A model generated the notes under the pieces. It worked only from the letters and a program-made list of their open reading frames with translations, was not told the DNA's origin and ran no database searches. Of a stretch of DNA of 64,000 bases, positions 1 to 10,275 are shown piece after piece. Position numbers and translations under genes: made by a program. How positions within the stretch are numbered: the stretch's first letter is position 1; each line of letters opens with the position of its first letter. Origin of the DNA: Candidatus Latescibacterota bacterium (GTDB lineage Bacteria > Latescibacterota > UBA2968); NCBI GenBank assembly GCA_965204375.1, contig OZ241986.1, positions 4,384,001-4,448,000 of the forward strand, read 5' to 3'.

Positions 1-2
1 AA

Positions 3-938
3 CGCTTACAAACAACACTCGTCCTGGTCTTCACTGCCTTTGCCCTATCGGCAACAGGCGCAGAGGCCGGGCTCAAAAAACTCGGCAATGCCGGATTCAC
101 CTTTCTCAAAGTCTCCCAAAGCGCGCGCGCAGTTGCCATGGGCGATGCGTACACCGCAGTGGGCACGGGTATCGATGCCATGTTCTGGAATCCAGCGGGC
201 ATCACGCAAATCGATCGCGCCGCTTTTAGCCTGGGATACAACAAGTGGATGGTCAATTCCAAATTTTATTCGGGGGCTTTTGCCTACAACCTGGGCACGC
301 AGACCATAGGCATCACGGTCTTGTCTTTCACACCCGATGAATTTGAAGAAACCACCATTTTCCAACCCAATGGCACGGGCAATATCATTAAAGACAGCGA
401 CTTTGCCATTGGCCTGACTTATGCCATCAAATTCACCGACCGATTGTCATTTGGCGCCCAGGGCCGGTATATTCAAGAGACGCTCTATACCGATGTCAAC
501 AGCGGTCTGGATATCTCCATAGGCACGCTCTTTTACACCGGATTCCGGTCTTTGCGTTTGGCCATGACGCTGAGGAATTTCGGACAGGATATCGTCATCA
601 TCGACGATACGGCCTTCCGCCCCCTCATCTACAGCATCGCGGCTTCAATGGAACTCTACGGCAATCTGGGCGACCCGGTTTCGCTTACCGTATCTGCGGA
701 AAATGCCTTCTTTGTCGATTTTGAAGGCCGTATTCACGCGGGCGCCGAACTCTGGTTGCACAATATTCTCGCACTGCGCGGTGGCTGGAAATTCAATAAC
801 GACACCGAGAGTTTTGCACTCGGTTTTGGCCTCAAATACTCGGTCAATGAGCGCCCCTTCACCCTGGACTTTGCGTATAGCGACATGGGCGAGTTATTGG
901 ATCCCACCTATCGGATAAATATCGGCGGTTCCTTCTGA
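3..938 (+). CDS. PorV/PorQ-family outer-membrane beta-barrel protein (5' end lies outside the window)
   Basis: Frame is open from the window start (RLQTTLVLVFTAFALSATGAEAG, signal-like). It carries the FLKV..SARAVAMGDA...FWNPAG motif and a C-terminal aromatic beta-strand (YRINIGGSF). Confidence 0.75.
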   Translation, partial: RLQTTLVLVFTAFALSATGAEAGLKKLGNAGFTFLKVSQSARAVAMGDAYTAVGTGIDAMFWNPAGITQIDRAAFSLGYNKWMVNSKFYSGAFAYNLGTQTIGITVLSFTPDEFEETTIFQPNGTGNIIKDSDFAIGLTYAIKFTDRLSFGAQGRYIQETLYTDVNSGLDISIGTLFYTGFRSLRLAMTLRNFGQDIVIIDDTAFRPLIYSIAASMELYGNLGDPVSLTVSAENAFFVDFEGRIHAGAELWLHNILALRGGWKFNNDTESFALGFGLKYSVNERPFTLDFAYSDMGELLDPTYRINIGGSF

Positions 939-946
939 GTTGCGAT

Positions 947-2317
947 ATGAAATATATCCTTTTGTCGCTGTGTCTCGCACAGGCTCTCCTCGCGCCAATT
1001 TCGGGAGAAGATATTCCCGTCATGGCGCGAGGCGCCATTCCATTTTGGATCGACAGAGCGGGTTTTGATACGCCAGACAGCCTGAACTACGGCGAACTGT
1101 ATCTCCAGTGCCCGTGCCGGCACCTCACCTTCAGTGAATTGAACGACCACCAGCGGGCTGCCTATCGCGTAGAAGCCACCTTTTTTTCCAGGCGCGATAG
1201 CATGCCTTTCAAATGGGAAAAACAGATCGTCACAGACGCGGGAACAGACCTGCGCGATCAAATGATTACAGAGGCATTGAGCTTCAGAATTTCGCCCGGC
1301 ACCTACAGCGTTCACATTCGCCTGAAAGATTTGCAGGCCAATGCCGAAGGCACCTGTGAACTCGCCTTCACAATGCCCGAATTTGACAACACCGCCCCGA
1401 CCATAAGCGACATCCAGTTTGCCCATCGGATTGACGCCGCAAACACACAGACCACCAGAAATCTGGTCAAGAACGGGTTCAAAATCGTTCCCAACGCGCG
1501 CAGGTCAATCGCAACGACCTTAAACATCTACTTTGAACTCTATGGCCTTGCCACAGGCGAGGGACGCGCTGCAACTTTCGACCTCGCCTATGCCCTCATA
1601 GATACCGCGGGACAGCGGATCAAAAACTTTCCCTCGGCGCGCTACCGCAAACCCGGCGCAACCACAATCAAAACCGAATCCCTCGACATTGAGGGCATAA
1701 TGCCAGGGCAGTATGTACTGAAAATCACTGCCCGCGATAACGGCACGGGCAAAATGACCACGCGCCAACGGGCTTTTTCTATACAAAAACCCGCACTGGC
1801 AACAGACCCCGCCTCCTTAAAGCGCTATTACAAACAAATCCGCTACATCGCCACAAAAACCGAACGCGAAACTTATGCCTCCTTAAGCGCCGCCGAGAAA
1901 GTAGAATTTATCCTCACCTTCTGGAAAAAACGCGATCCAACGCCTCTAACGCCTGAAAATGAATTTGCCACAGAACATTTCAAGCGCATTCGCTATGCAG
2001 ACGAACACTTCTCTGCGCGTCCCGGACAAAAAGGGTCGGATACCGATCAAGGGCGCATCCACATCAAATACGGCTTGCCGACAGACATCGAGCGCAACCC
2101 ATTCAGTGCCACGGGCAAAGCCTTTGAAATCTGGACCTACGAACATCTCAACTACTGCGAGTTTGTATTTCTGGATCGCCTTGGAGACGGTGTTTATGAA
2201 ATGATCCACGCCACCATGCCAGGAGAACGCTACAATCCCAACTGGCGAGATCAACAAGCTATCGGCGATCAGACCGATCCGACATCGCTGCCAGCTGAGG
2301 CATTTTCTCCGCCATAA
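947..2317 (+). CDS. GWxTD domain-containing secreted protein
   Basis: Signal peptide; FWKKRDPTP..PENEF..EHFKRIRYA..F...GSDTDQGRIHIKYGLP..I..EIWTY motif. Confidence 0.85.
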   Translation: MKYILLSLCLAQALLAPISGEDIPVMARGAIPFWIDRAGFDTPDSLNYGELYLQCPCRHLTFSELNDHQRAAYRVEATFFSRRDSMPFKWEKQIVTDAGTDLRDQMITEALSFRISPGTYSVHIRLKDLQANAEGTCELAFTMPEFDNTAPTISDIQFAHRIDAANTQTTRNLVKNGFKIVPNARRSIATTLNIYFELYGLATGEGRAATFDLAYALIDTAGQRIKNFPSARYRKPGATTIKTESLDIEGIMPGQYVLKITARDNGTGKMTTRQRAFSIQKPALATDPASLKRYYKQIRYIATKTERETYASLSAAEKVEFILTFWKKRDPTPLTPENEFATEHFKRIRYADEHFSARPGQKGSDTDQGRIHIKYGLPTDIERNPFSATGKAFEIWTYEHLNYCEFVFLDRLGDGVYEMIHATMPGERYNPNWRDQQAIGDQTDPTSLPAEAFSPP

Positions 2318-2338
2318 GCTGCGAGAAGCGACCAGACT

Positions 2339-4324
2339 ATGGCAAAAACGCCAGCCCCACAAAACAGGTCAGAATCCCTGTCCGAGTACCTGACAAGTGG
2401 CGTGAGTCTTCGCGCCGTTGTATTGGGTCTCGCGCTCGTTGTTCTGATCAACCTCTGGATACCCTATTCAGAATATATCGTGCGGGCTTCGCGCATGAAC
2501 CTCAGCCATTTTCCCGTTGCTGTATTCATCCTCTTTCTCCTCATCCGCTACCTGCTCAACCCCCTGCTGTCAACCCTGAACCCCGCCTTCTCTTTAACCC
2601 CCTCTGAACAACTGGTCATTATCGCAATGGGGCTTGCAGGCGGCGTGGTACCCGGCTCAGGCGTGCTCGGTTTTCTCCTGGGAACCATTGCCACACCCTA
2701 TTATTTTGCCACGCCAGAAAACCGCTGGGCCGAATTCTTCCACGCCCACCTTCCCACCTACCTGGTACCACCCAATACCGGCGGCGCAATGCGCGATTTT
2801 TACGAAGGCACACTGCCCGGCACGCCAATTCCATGGTCTATATGGGTTGCCCCCCTTTTCTGGTGGCTTGTGTTCATCGTTGCCATTGTCTTTGTCTCGG
2901 CCTGTATTGCAGTCATCTTGCGCCGCCAGTGGTCTGAAAATGAACGCCTGACATTTCCCCTATTGAGTCCGGCACTGCATATCGTTTCCGAAGAACCCGC
3001 ACGCGATAAAACCCTTCAATACAGGGGTCTGTACTGGGCGGGATTCGCGCTGTCATCCGGCATCCTCTCCTATAATATCCTCCATTTCTTCTTTCCTCTT
3101 GTACCCGATATTAAGCTGACACTTCCCTTTTTCTATTTTGCCAAAGGCTATCCTCCCATCTTTCCCCGATTCAATATCTATATCATGGGCTTTGCCTATT
3201 TTGCCAACCTCGATGTGCTATTCAGCATGTGGTTCTTCCATCTCCTTTTTTACCAAATTCCAGGTGGCCTCTTAAATCGCATCGGATTTGATATGCCCGG
3301 CCGCGGCGACCCCTATGGCGCGCTTCACTTTTCCGGCGCGGGCTGGTTGTGTTTTGGCGCGCTGTGTTTTTTCGTTTTTTGGGGATTGTACATCTCTCGC
3401 CACCACCTCAAAGCCGTCTTCCTCAAAGCCGTAAATCCGCAATACCCCATCGACGACAGCGGGGAACTCATGTCTTATCGCAACGCTATTTTGGGCCTGT
3501 TTTTCGGAACGCTTTTTATTATTATCTGGTTATACCAATCCGGCATGGCCTTTTCAGCGATCGCCTTTTACACTGCGGCTACCTTTGTCATTTACATAGG
3601 CGTAGCGCGTGTCGTTGCTCAAACCGGCATCCTCTTTGTTCAGGCCCCGATCAGCGCACAGATTTTCACCATTTACTCTCTGGGCGCACACGCCCTTTCA
3701 ACGCCCACAATGACATCGATCGCCCTCTCCTACGCGCTCACCAACTATATTCGCGGCCTGTTTATGCCCGCGCTGATCCACATTGCCAAATTGTCTGAAT
3801 GGATCAAAACCGACCATCGCAAACTCCTCAGCGCAGTCTTTTTGGGATTGCTCGTCGGCTGTCTAACATTTATTTTTTATGTGATTCCCCTGAGTTATGA
3901 AAGAGGGGCCTTCAATTTCAACGACATTCCCCTCAAATCGGGAACCAACCGAATCTATCCGGTCATCCTCAGCAAAATTGTCAATCCCTTTGGTCCCGAC
4001 TGGCAAAGAATGGGATTTTTTGGCGGCGGTGCAGCGCTGATGGGACTGCTCACATTCTTGCAATATCGCTTCTCATGGTGGCCTTTGCATCCCATTGGTC
4101 TGACGGTTTGCAGCACCAATGTCGCCCGCAGCAATCAGGTCTCAATTTTTATTATTTGGGCTTTCAAATTGTTCGTACTGCACTTCGGCGGTGTTTCTGC
4201 TTACCGCCGTTTTCAGCCCTTCTTCATCGGTTTGCTCACCGGCTATGGCCTGGGGGTCGCGCTGTCGTTCGCGGTTGATGCCCTGTGGTTTTCCGGGCAG
4301 GGACATTACGTACACAGGTGGTAA
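2339..4324 (+). CDS. DUF6785/DUF6784-type multi-pass membrane protein (putative transporter)
   Basis: Many TM segments; YFATPENRW, LRRQW..NERLTFP and WWPLHPIG motifs; paralog of 34590..36575. Confidence 0.7.
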   Translation: MAKTPAPQNRSESLSEYLTSGVSLRAVVLGLALVVLINLWIPYSEYIVRASRMNLSHFPVAVFILFLLIRYLLNPLLSTLNPAFSLTPSEQLVIIAMGLAGGVVPGSGVLGFLLGTIATPYYFATPENRWAEFFHAHLPTYLVPPNTGGAMRDFYEGTLPGTPIPWSIWVAPLFWWLVFIVAIVFVSACIAVILRRQWSENERLTFPLLSPALHIVSEEPARDKTLQYRGLYWAGFALSSGILSYNILHFFFPLVPDIKLTLPFFYFAKGYPPIFPRFNIYIMGFAYFANLDVLFSMWFFHLLFYQIPGGLLNRIGFDMPGRGDPYGALHFSGAGWLCFGALCFFVFWGLYISRHHLKAVFLKAVNPQYPIDDSGELMSYRNAILGLFFGTLFIIIWLYQSGMAFSAIAFYTAATFVIYIGVARVVAQTGILFVQAPISAQIFTIYSLGAHALSTPTMTSIALSYALTNYIRGLFMPALIHIAKLSEWIKTDHRKLLSAVFLGLLVGCLTFIFYVIPLSYERGAFNFNDIPLKSGTNRIYPVILSKIVNPFGPDWQRMGFFGGGAALMGLLTFLQYRFSWWPLHPIGLTVCSTNVARSNQVSIFIIWAFKLFVLHFGGVSAYRRFQPFFIGLLTGYGLGVALSFAVDALWFSGQGHYVHRW

Positions 4325-4325
4325 C

Positions 4326-5570
4326 ATGTCTATACAAGAACGCGCAAAATACGGTGCCGAAGTATTTGAAGGAATCGCGGGCAACCTGCCCCAACCCTTT
4401 CCGCGCACCATGGGTCCAAACTGCCTGACATACCTCCAGGAAGTCGTCTCATCGGGCCTGCAATGCGACATGATTCGGAGATTTGAAGCCGCTTTCGAAA
4501 GCGAAATGGGCATCAAACACTGCATCGGCACACCCGGATGCACCGCAGCCCTCAACATACTCGCAGCCGCGCTCAATCTCGAACCCGGCGATGAAATCAT
4601 CGTATCGCCCATCACCGACTACGGCACAGTCATGGGCCTGCTCAAAGAAAACTACATCCCGGTCTTCCCCGACACCGAACCCGGCACACCGCTCATCAGC
4701 GCCCAAACCATCGCACCCTGTATTACCAACCGCACGCGAGCCATTCTCGCCGTCCACATAACCGGCCTCATCTGCGACATGGACCCCATCCACGCTCTGG
4801 CAAAAAAACACGGCCTGACCGTCATTGAAGACGTATGCCAGGCCGTATTTGGCACGTACAAAGGCCGCCTTGCAGGCACCCTCGGCGACGTCGCTGCCTT
4901 CTCATTCGACTCCGAAAAAACACTCGGCTCCGACGTCGGCGGCTGTGTCATTACAAATGACGATAAACTCGCCGAACAAATTCGGTTCGTCGGTCAAAGC
5001 AGAGGCGGGCAAATGGTTGAAGGACTGGGGCGCGTACACGCCGTAAATGGATACGCGCTTCGCATGACCCAATCGACCGCCGCCATCACCCTTGCGCAAC
5101 TCGAAATCATCCGCCCGGCCGTTGCACATATCGACCGCATGATTCGCCTCATCACCGACAAACTCGCCGAAATACCCGGCATCATCCCACTATCCATACC
5201 GGATTACATGGAAACCTATTCCTGCTGGATGGCCGGATTCAGCATCGACCCCAATGCCTTTACATGCGACGCCGAATCCTTTGCACAGCAAGTCGCCGAA
5301 GCAGGACTCACCGGAGCCGGACTCGGCAAATACTATCTCATGCCCGCTGCACTGCCCTTTTTAACGGACAAAGCCAAAAAACACCTCTATCCCTTCTCCA
5401 AACCCCCGGCATCCCACACCTATACTTACGGCGCAAACACCTGTCCCAATGCCCGGGACTTTCTCGACAATTTCATCCGCTGGACCACCATCTGCGAAAA
5501 ATATCAACCCGAACACTGCGACCTCGTCGCCCAAATAGTCGCCACCGTCGCCGACCAGAATCGAGTCTGA
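4326..5570 (+). CDS. DegT/DnrJ/EryC1/StrS-family PLP aminotransferase
   Basis: PGDEIIV, VH..G..CDM, IEDVCQA and FSFDSEKTLG..GG (PLP Lys) motifs. ATG at 4326 follows the upstream stop, so the track start at 4119 is over-extended. Confidence 0.85.
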   Translation: MSIQERAKYGAEVFEGIAGNLPQPFPRTMGPNCLTYLQEVVSSGLQCDMIRRFEAAFESEMGIKHCIGTPGCTAALNILAAALNLEPGDEIIVSPITDYGTVMGLLKENYIPVFPDTEPGTPLISAQTIAPCITNRTRAILAVHITGLICDMDPIHALAKKHGLTVIEDVCQAVFGTYKGRLAGTLGDVAAFSFDSEKTLGSDVGGCVITNDDKLAEQIRFVGQSRGGQMVEGLGRVHAVNGYALRMTQSTAAITLAQLEIIRPAVAHIDRMIRLITDKLAEIPGIIPLSIPDYMETYSCWMAGFSIDPNAFTCDAESFAQQVAEAGLTGAGLGKYYLMPAALPFLTDKAKKHLYPFSKPPASHTYTYGANTCPNARDFLDNFIRWTTICEKYQPEHCDLVAQIVATVADQNRV

Positions 5571-5577
5571 GAAAAAC

Positions 5578-6579
5578 ATGGCCCTCACAATATGCCCGTG
5601 GAAATACAACAAAACCTGGGTCTATTCCATCACCTATGACGAAGCCCTCGTTGACCTGCACCAATTCGCAATCCCCATCCACGGAGAATACGGCATTCCG
5701 GGACATGTAGAAGTCGTCGTCGGACAACTGGGCGAAACGCGCAATATCGGCAACTCCAGCTACAATGGCTATCGCCACATGAACGCCGACGAACTCAAAG
5801 ACATGCTCGCCCGGGGCTGGGGAATTGGCAATCACTCCTATAGCCATGAACTCATACAACCCGACATGGTTGACCTGGAAATCGGCCGCGCCAAAGACGT
5901 ACTCGAAACCGCCATTGACGCACCCGTCGATCTCTACTGCGCGCCCGGCAACAATTCCAACATGTCGGACCACGTCCTCAAAGCCTGCCGCAAATACGGC
6001 TACCTCGGCGCAATGAGCCTGACCGATGCCCTCAACCGTCCAAACACCCCGCTCTTCTGGATCAACCGCACGGCATTGCATGAACAGTATTACGCCCCAT
6101 TCTTCAGCGAATACGACCCATTCCGCAACATCCGCCATGCACAAGCACAAAACGGCTGGATCATCGACTACTGCCATTGCCCATTGGAAAAACCCATCCA
6201 CCCCAACAAAGACTGCTCGCATCCACAACTCAGAAAAAGATTTGAAACCATCCTCGCAGAAGGCGGAGACAAAGTCTGGTGCGCCGTACCCGAAGAAGTA
6301 ATCTTCTACCACCAGACCAGACGCCACACACAAATCGAAACCATCTCCGACACAAAAACCCAAAAGCACTACCGCCTCCACCTCAACAACCTGAGCGACC
6401 GCGTCACCTGCCGCACGCTCACCCTCCACGCCGACGTACCCGCCCCCTATTGTCGCCATCCCAGCGTATGGATCGACGGACAACCCCACCTCGCACACCT
6501 GATAGAACCGAGAAAATTGCAAATCACGATCACCGTCACAGACGGCATGGAACTCGTCTTTCAAGACCCGGGCACCTGA
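5578..6579 (+). CDS. Polysaccharide deacetylase-family protein
   Basis: SITYDE and GWGIGNHSYSH NodB-like motifs. Confidence 0.7.
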   Translation: MALTICPWKYNKTWVYSITYDEALVDLHQFAIPIHGEYGIPGHVEVVVGQLGETRNIGNSSYNGYRHMNADELKDMLARGWGIGNHSYSHELIQPDMVDLEIGRAKDVLETAIDAPVDLYCAPGNNSNMSDHVLKACRKYGYLGAMSLTDALNRPNTPLFWINRTALHEQYYAPFFSEYDPFRNIRHAQAQNGWIIDYCHCPLEKPIHPNKDCSHPQLRKRFETILAEGGDKVWCAVPEEVIFYHQTRRHTQIETISDTKTQKHYRLHLNNLSDRVTCRTLTLHADVPAPYCRHPSVWIDGQPHLAHLIEPRKLQITITVTDGMELVFQDPGT

Positions 6580-6585
6580 GCGACC

Positions 6586-7446
6586 TCAGTTATTCAGCCT
6601 CACCCTGACCCCTCTCTCCTGAAGCACCGGAACATGCTTATTAATCGAAACATCGCTCAGGGGATTATCCCTCAAATCGATCAAACTGTTTTCGCCACGC
6701 AATTCCGCATTCGCCACCAGAGGCGATAAATCCGAAACATCGCAATCCCAACCATGCACCCTTCGCAGCCTGGGCAAACCCGACAGCGGCGAAAGATCCG
6801 AGACCGCATTGTTATTCAGAGCCAATCCCCCCAACGCAGTCAAAGTCGATAGTGGAGAAATATCCCAGATGAGATTATTACTCACATCCAGCCACCTCAA
6901 CTCGGTCATACCCGACAGCGGCGAAAGATCCGAAACATCGTTGGTATAGAGATGCAGCGTTCTCATCTCCGTCAAACCCGCCAGCGGAGAGAGATCCGAG
7001 ATATAAGAATTCCCACTAATATCCAGTACTCTCAGTTCTGTCAAATTCGACAGCGGCGATATATCCGCTATTGTATTGCGAAAAAGATTCAACTCTGTCA
7101 GCTTGATCAAACCCGACAGCGGCGAAAGATCCGAAATACTATTGCTATTGACGCGACCGCCATTCGTCAATACATAGCCGAGATTCAGCACCGTCAGTTC
7201 GGTCGCGTACTCAATCCCCGCCAAATCGCGAACCCTTGAATTCGGAGCTTCAAGACGCGTCAACGTCGCCATCTCAGCCGCAGTAATCGCCTCTCCCTTC
7301 GCCTTGTTCAAAGAATCCTCAATCACCGCGCGCAGGTGAACATCCGGAATATTTACACCCTCGCCCTTCTTATGAGCGTCTGCGTCGCATTCGCCATAAA
7401 AGGCGAGACAGACACCGAGAATGATCAAGAGGTATCGGTAGATCAT
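6586..7446 (-). CDS. Secreted internalin-like leucine-rich repeat protein
   Basis: Signal peptide, IPDVHLRAVI cap, 22-aa ISDLSPLSGLTxLxxLxLxxN repeats. Confidence 0.9.
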   Translation of the reverse strand: MIYRYLLIILGVCLAFYGECDADAHKKGEGVNIPDVHLRAVIEDSLNKAKGEAITAAEMATLTRLEAPNSRVRDLAGIEYATELTVLNLGYVLTNGGRVNSNSISDLSPLSGLIKLTELNLFRNTIADISPLSNLTELRVLDISGNSYISDLSPLAGLTEMRTLHLYTNDVSDLSPLSGMTELRWLDVSNNLIWDISPLSTLTALGGLALNNNAVSDLSPLSGLPRLRRVHGWDCDVSDLSPLVANAELRGENSLIDLRDNPLSDVSINKHVPVLQERGVRVRLNN

Positions 7447-7462
7447 AGGAACTGTCCTCCAA

Positions 7463-8323
7463 TCAGTTATCCAGCCTCACCCTGACCCCTCTCTCCCGAA
7501 GCGCAGGAATATGCGTATTAATTGAGACATCACTCAGAGGATTATCCCTCACATCGATATAATCCTTTTCCCCACGCAATCCCGCGTTCTCCACCAGAGG
7601 CGATAAATCCGTAATATCGCAATCCTGAATATTCAGCCTCTCCATATGGATCATACCCGACAGAAGAGAAATATCCGAGACAGCATTGACATTGAGAGCC
7701 AACCCCCTCAAATTGGTCAAACCCGACAGATGAGAAATATCCCAGATCAGATTATTACTCAAACTCAGCCATCTCAAATTGGTCAAACCCGACAGCGGCG
7801 AAAGATCCGAAATTTCATTGGTGTAAAGATTCAGCATCCTCAGCCTGGTCATACCCGACAACGGAGAAATGTCCGAAATACGAAAATTCGCACTAACATC
7901 CAGTGTTTCCAGCGCCGTTAAATTCGCCAGCGGCGAGATATCATATATCATATTGCGATGGAGGTACAACTCCGTCAGCTTAACTAAACCCGACAACGGA
8001 GAAAGATCCGTAATCTCATTGCTATTGATATGGTTGCCATTTATAAATACAGCGCCGAGATTCAGCACCGTCAGTTCGGTCGCGTACTCAATCCCCGTCA
8101 AATCGCGAACCCTTGAATTCGGTGCTTCAAGGCGCGTCAACGTCGCCATCTCAACCGCAGTAATCGCCTCACCCCTCGCCTTGTTCAAAGAATCCTCAAT
8201 CACCGCACGCAGGTGGACATCCGGAATCGTTATTTCCCCACCCTTCTCATGAGCACCCGCGTCGCATTCGCCATAAATGGCAAGACAAACACTGAGAATG
8301 ATCAAGAGATACCGGTAGATCAT
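7463..8323 (-). CDS. Secreted internalin-like leucine-rich repeat protein (tandem paralog)
   Basis: From ATG 8323 (MIYRYLL) it has the same architecture and the same 286-aa length as 6586..7446. Confidence 0.9.
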   Translation of the reverse strand: MIYRYLLIILSVCLAIYGECDAGAHEKGGEITIPDVHLRAVIEDSLNKARGEAITAVEMATLTRLEAPNSRVRDLTGIEYATELTVLNLGAVFINGNHINSNEITDLSPLSGLVKLTELYLHRNMIYDISPLANLTALETLDVSANFRISDISPLSGMTRLRMLNLYTNEISDLSPLSGLTNLRWLSLSNNLIWDISHLSGLTNLRGLALNVNAVSDISLLSGMIHMERLNIQDCDITDLSPLVENAGLRGEKDYIDVRDNPLSDVSINTHIPALRERGVRVRLDN

Positions 8324-8345
8324 GGAAACAGTTCTCCAATAAGCG

Positions 8346-10175
8346 TCATATAACCCCATACAACGGCCCACCCGACGCCCCGAGAGCCTCTACTTTTTTA
8401 GTAATATTGGGATCCTCAACAAGCGGGGGCGCGTGGTGGGGCTTGTGGCGCGCATCAATAATCAGCGACCCGTTGCAACCCCAGTGTTTGTATTCAATAA
8501 AACTATCAACACCATAAACATCATGCGAGGGATTGGAGCGCGTGAACGCGACCCAGAGAAAATTGTTGAGCGTACGCGAACAAAACGCGCTATCATCGAC
8601 AATCAGAATAAGCGGCAACCCATCGAGAGACTGTGACGCGAGCGCCTCGGCAAGACGAACTGCATCCTTACCCCCCTGATCTGCATCTCTAAAGTCGGGA
8701 CCCTCAATAGCCGCGACACCGGGCAGGGCAATCGCGGGATTCTTAAATCCATCAGACAAGATGAGATCGCCCGGAATCTCGCGCCACAGATCGCGTCTCT
8801 TCGCACCGGCTGCGGCAATCACAACCTTGGAACCCTCATTAAACCCCGTACCCGAATAATCCAGCGTATCCATCGTCGTACGCGTTTGAAAGTGGAGATC
8901 GCGTCGCCAATCCACCCGCTCGAGAACGTGGATAAAATAAGCGCCGATATCGTGCGTATTCAGATGGGGATTATCTTCCCCCGCAGAAATAAAAAGGTAT
9001 TTCGCCAAAGAGCATGCGCCAAAACCGAGCAATGCATTGGCCAGCGAGAGAATCTCCTGCGGTTGTCGCTCTCGGTAAGGCACATAGCGCTCCGAACCAA
9101 TGGCAATAAGCAAAGGATGAACGCCCGCTGCATCCACAGCGTTAATAGACTTGAGACCGGGAATCTCAACGGGAACCATCGGACCAGTAATCTCGTGAAT
9201 AAGCAAACCAAATGCCGTATCTTCCTGCGGGGGGCGACCCACAACAGTAAAGGGATAAATAGCGTCTCTCCTGTGCCAAACATCTTCGACGTGGAGAACG
9301 GGAAAATCATGCGCCAGGCTATAATACCCCAGATGATCGCCAAACGGACCCTCGGGTTTGGTTTCACCTGGATGCACGGTACCCGTAATAACAAAATCGG
9401 CCTCAGTAGAAATAACACAGGCATTCCTGCGTGCATAGCGAAACCGACGCCCGGCCAGACCCCCGGCAAAAATAATTTCGGACAACCCCTCGGGCAAAGG
9501 CATAACAGCAGAAAACGTATGCGCGGGCGGTCCCCCGATAAAAATACTCACGCGCAAAGGCTCTCCGCGCCTGAGCGCATTCGCATGGTGGATCCCAATA
9601 TCGCGGCGGATCTGGTAGTGCAGACCAACTTCTTCGTTCTGTATGTACTCATTACCTGAAAGCTGGATGCGATACATACCCAAATTGGCATTCATAATAC
9701 CCGGCCGGTCGGGATCCTCAGTATAAACCTGGGGCAAAAGAACAAAAGGACCGCCGTCGTCGGGCCAACATTGAATCTGAGGAAGCTGATCAATACGCGT
9801 ACTGTTTTTGAGCACCGCGCCAAAACGCACCCTTCTCGGCAACGTATTAAATGCAATCCTCGCAATCCCCATTGCGCGCCAGGGCGCGCGAAGAAACGCA
9901 ACCGGATCAGCCTTGGCCTCGACAAGGCGTTGTACCCATCCCAGAGTTGACCGAAAAAGAAAACGCGAGCGATCGAGCGTACCAAAAAGATTGGAAACCG
10001 CTGGAAACGGACTATCTTTCACATTCGCATAGAAAATCGCCGGACCATTGGCCTGAAAAACGCGGCGATGGATCTCCGCCATCTCCAGATAGGGATCCAC
10101 CTCCTGTTCAATACGGATGAGATGGCCGTTGCGCTCGAGATCGTCAACGCATTGTTTGAGGGACTTGTATCGCAT
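8346..10175 (-). CDS. UbiD-family (prFMN-dependent) decarboxylase, menaquinone-pathway type
   Basis: NLGMYR, PEGPFGDHLGYYS, VGRPPQED and DTLDYSG motifs. Confidence 0.9.
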   Translation of the reverse strand: MRYKSLKQCVDDLERNGHLIRIEQEVDPYLEMAEIHRRVFQANGPAIFYANVKDSPFPAVSNLFGTLDRSRFLFRSTLGWVQRLVEAKADPVAFLRAPWRAMGIARIAFNTLPRRVRFGAVLKNSTRIDQLPQIQCWPDDGGPFVLLPQVYTEDPDRPGIMNANLGMYRIQLSGNEYIQNEEVGLHYQIRRDIGIHHANALRRGEPLRVSIFIGGPPAHTFSAVMPLPEGLSEIIFAGGLAGRRFRYARRNACVISTEADFVITGTVHPGETKPEGPFGDHLGYYSLAHDFPVLHVEDVWHRRDAIYPFTVVGRPPQEDTAFGLLIHEITGPMVPVEIPGLKSINAVDAAGVHPLLIAIGSERYVPYRERQPQEILSLANALLGFGACSLAKYLFISAGEDNPHLNTHDIGAYFIHVLERVDWRRDLHFQTRTTMDTLDYSGTGFNEGSKVVIAAAGAKRRDLWREIPGDLILSDGFKNPAIALPGVAAIEGPDFRDADQGGKDAVRLAEALASQSLDGLPLILIVDDSAFCSRTLNNFLWVAFTRSNPSHDVYGVDSFIEYKHWGCNGSLIIDARHKPHHAPPLVEDPNITKKVEALGASGGPLYGVI

Positions 10176-10275
10176 TGCAGTATATTGTTAGAGGTTAGAG
10201 TTTTGATGTGTAATATAGTGTACTGAATACCACATTGAGAGACAATTTTTAAGTTATAGTAAGGAGGAAAGCACA

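Noticed and set aside
4119-4325. N-terminal extension of the aminotransferase in the ORF track
   Set aside because: Overlaps the upstream gene by ~200 bp; family-like sequence begins at ATG 4326.
5473-6564. 363-aa minus-strand ORF
   Set aside because: Antisense shadow of the deacetylase gene; no motifs.
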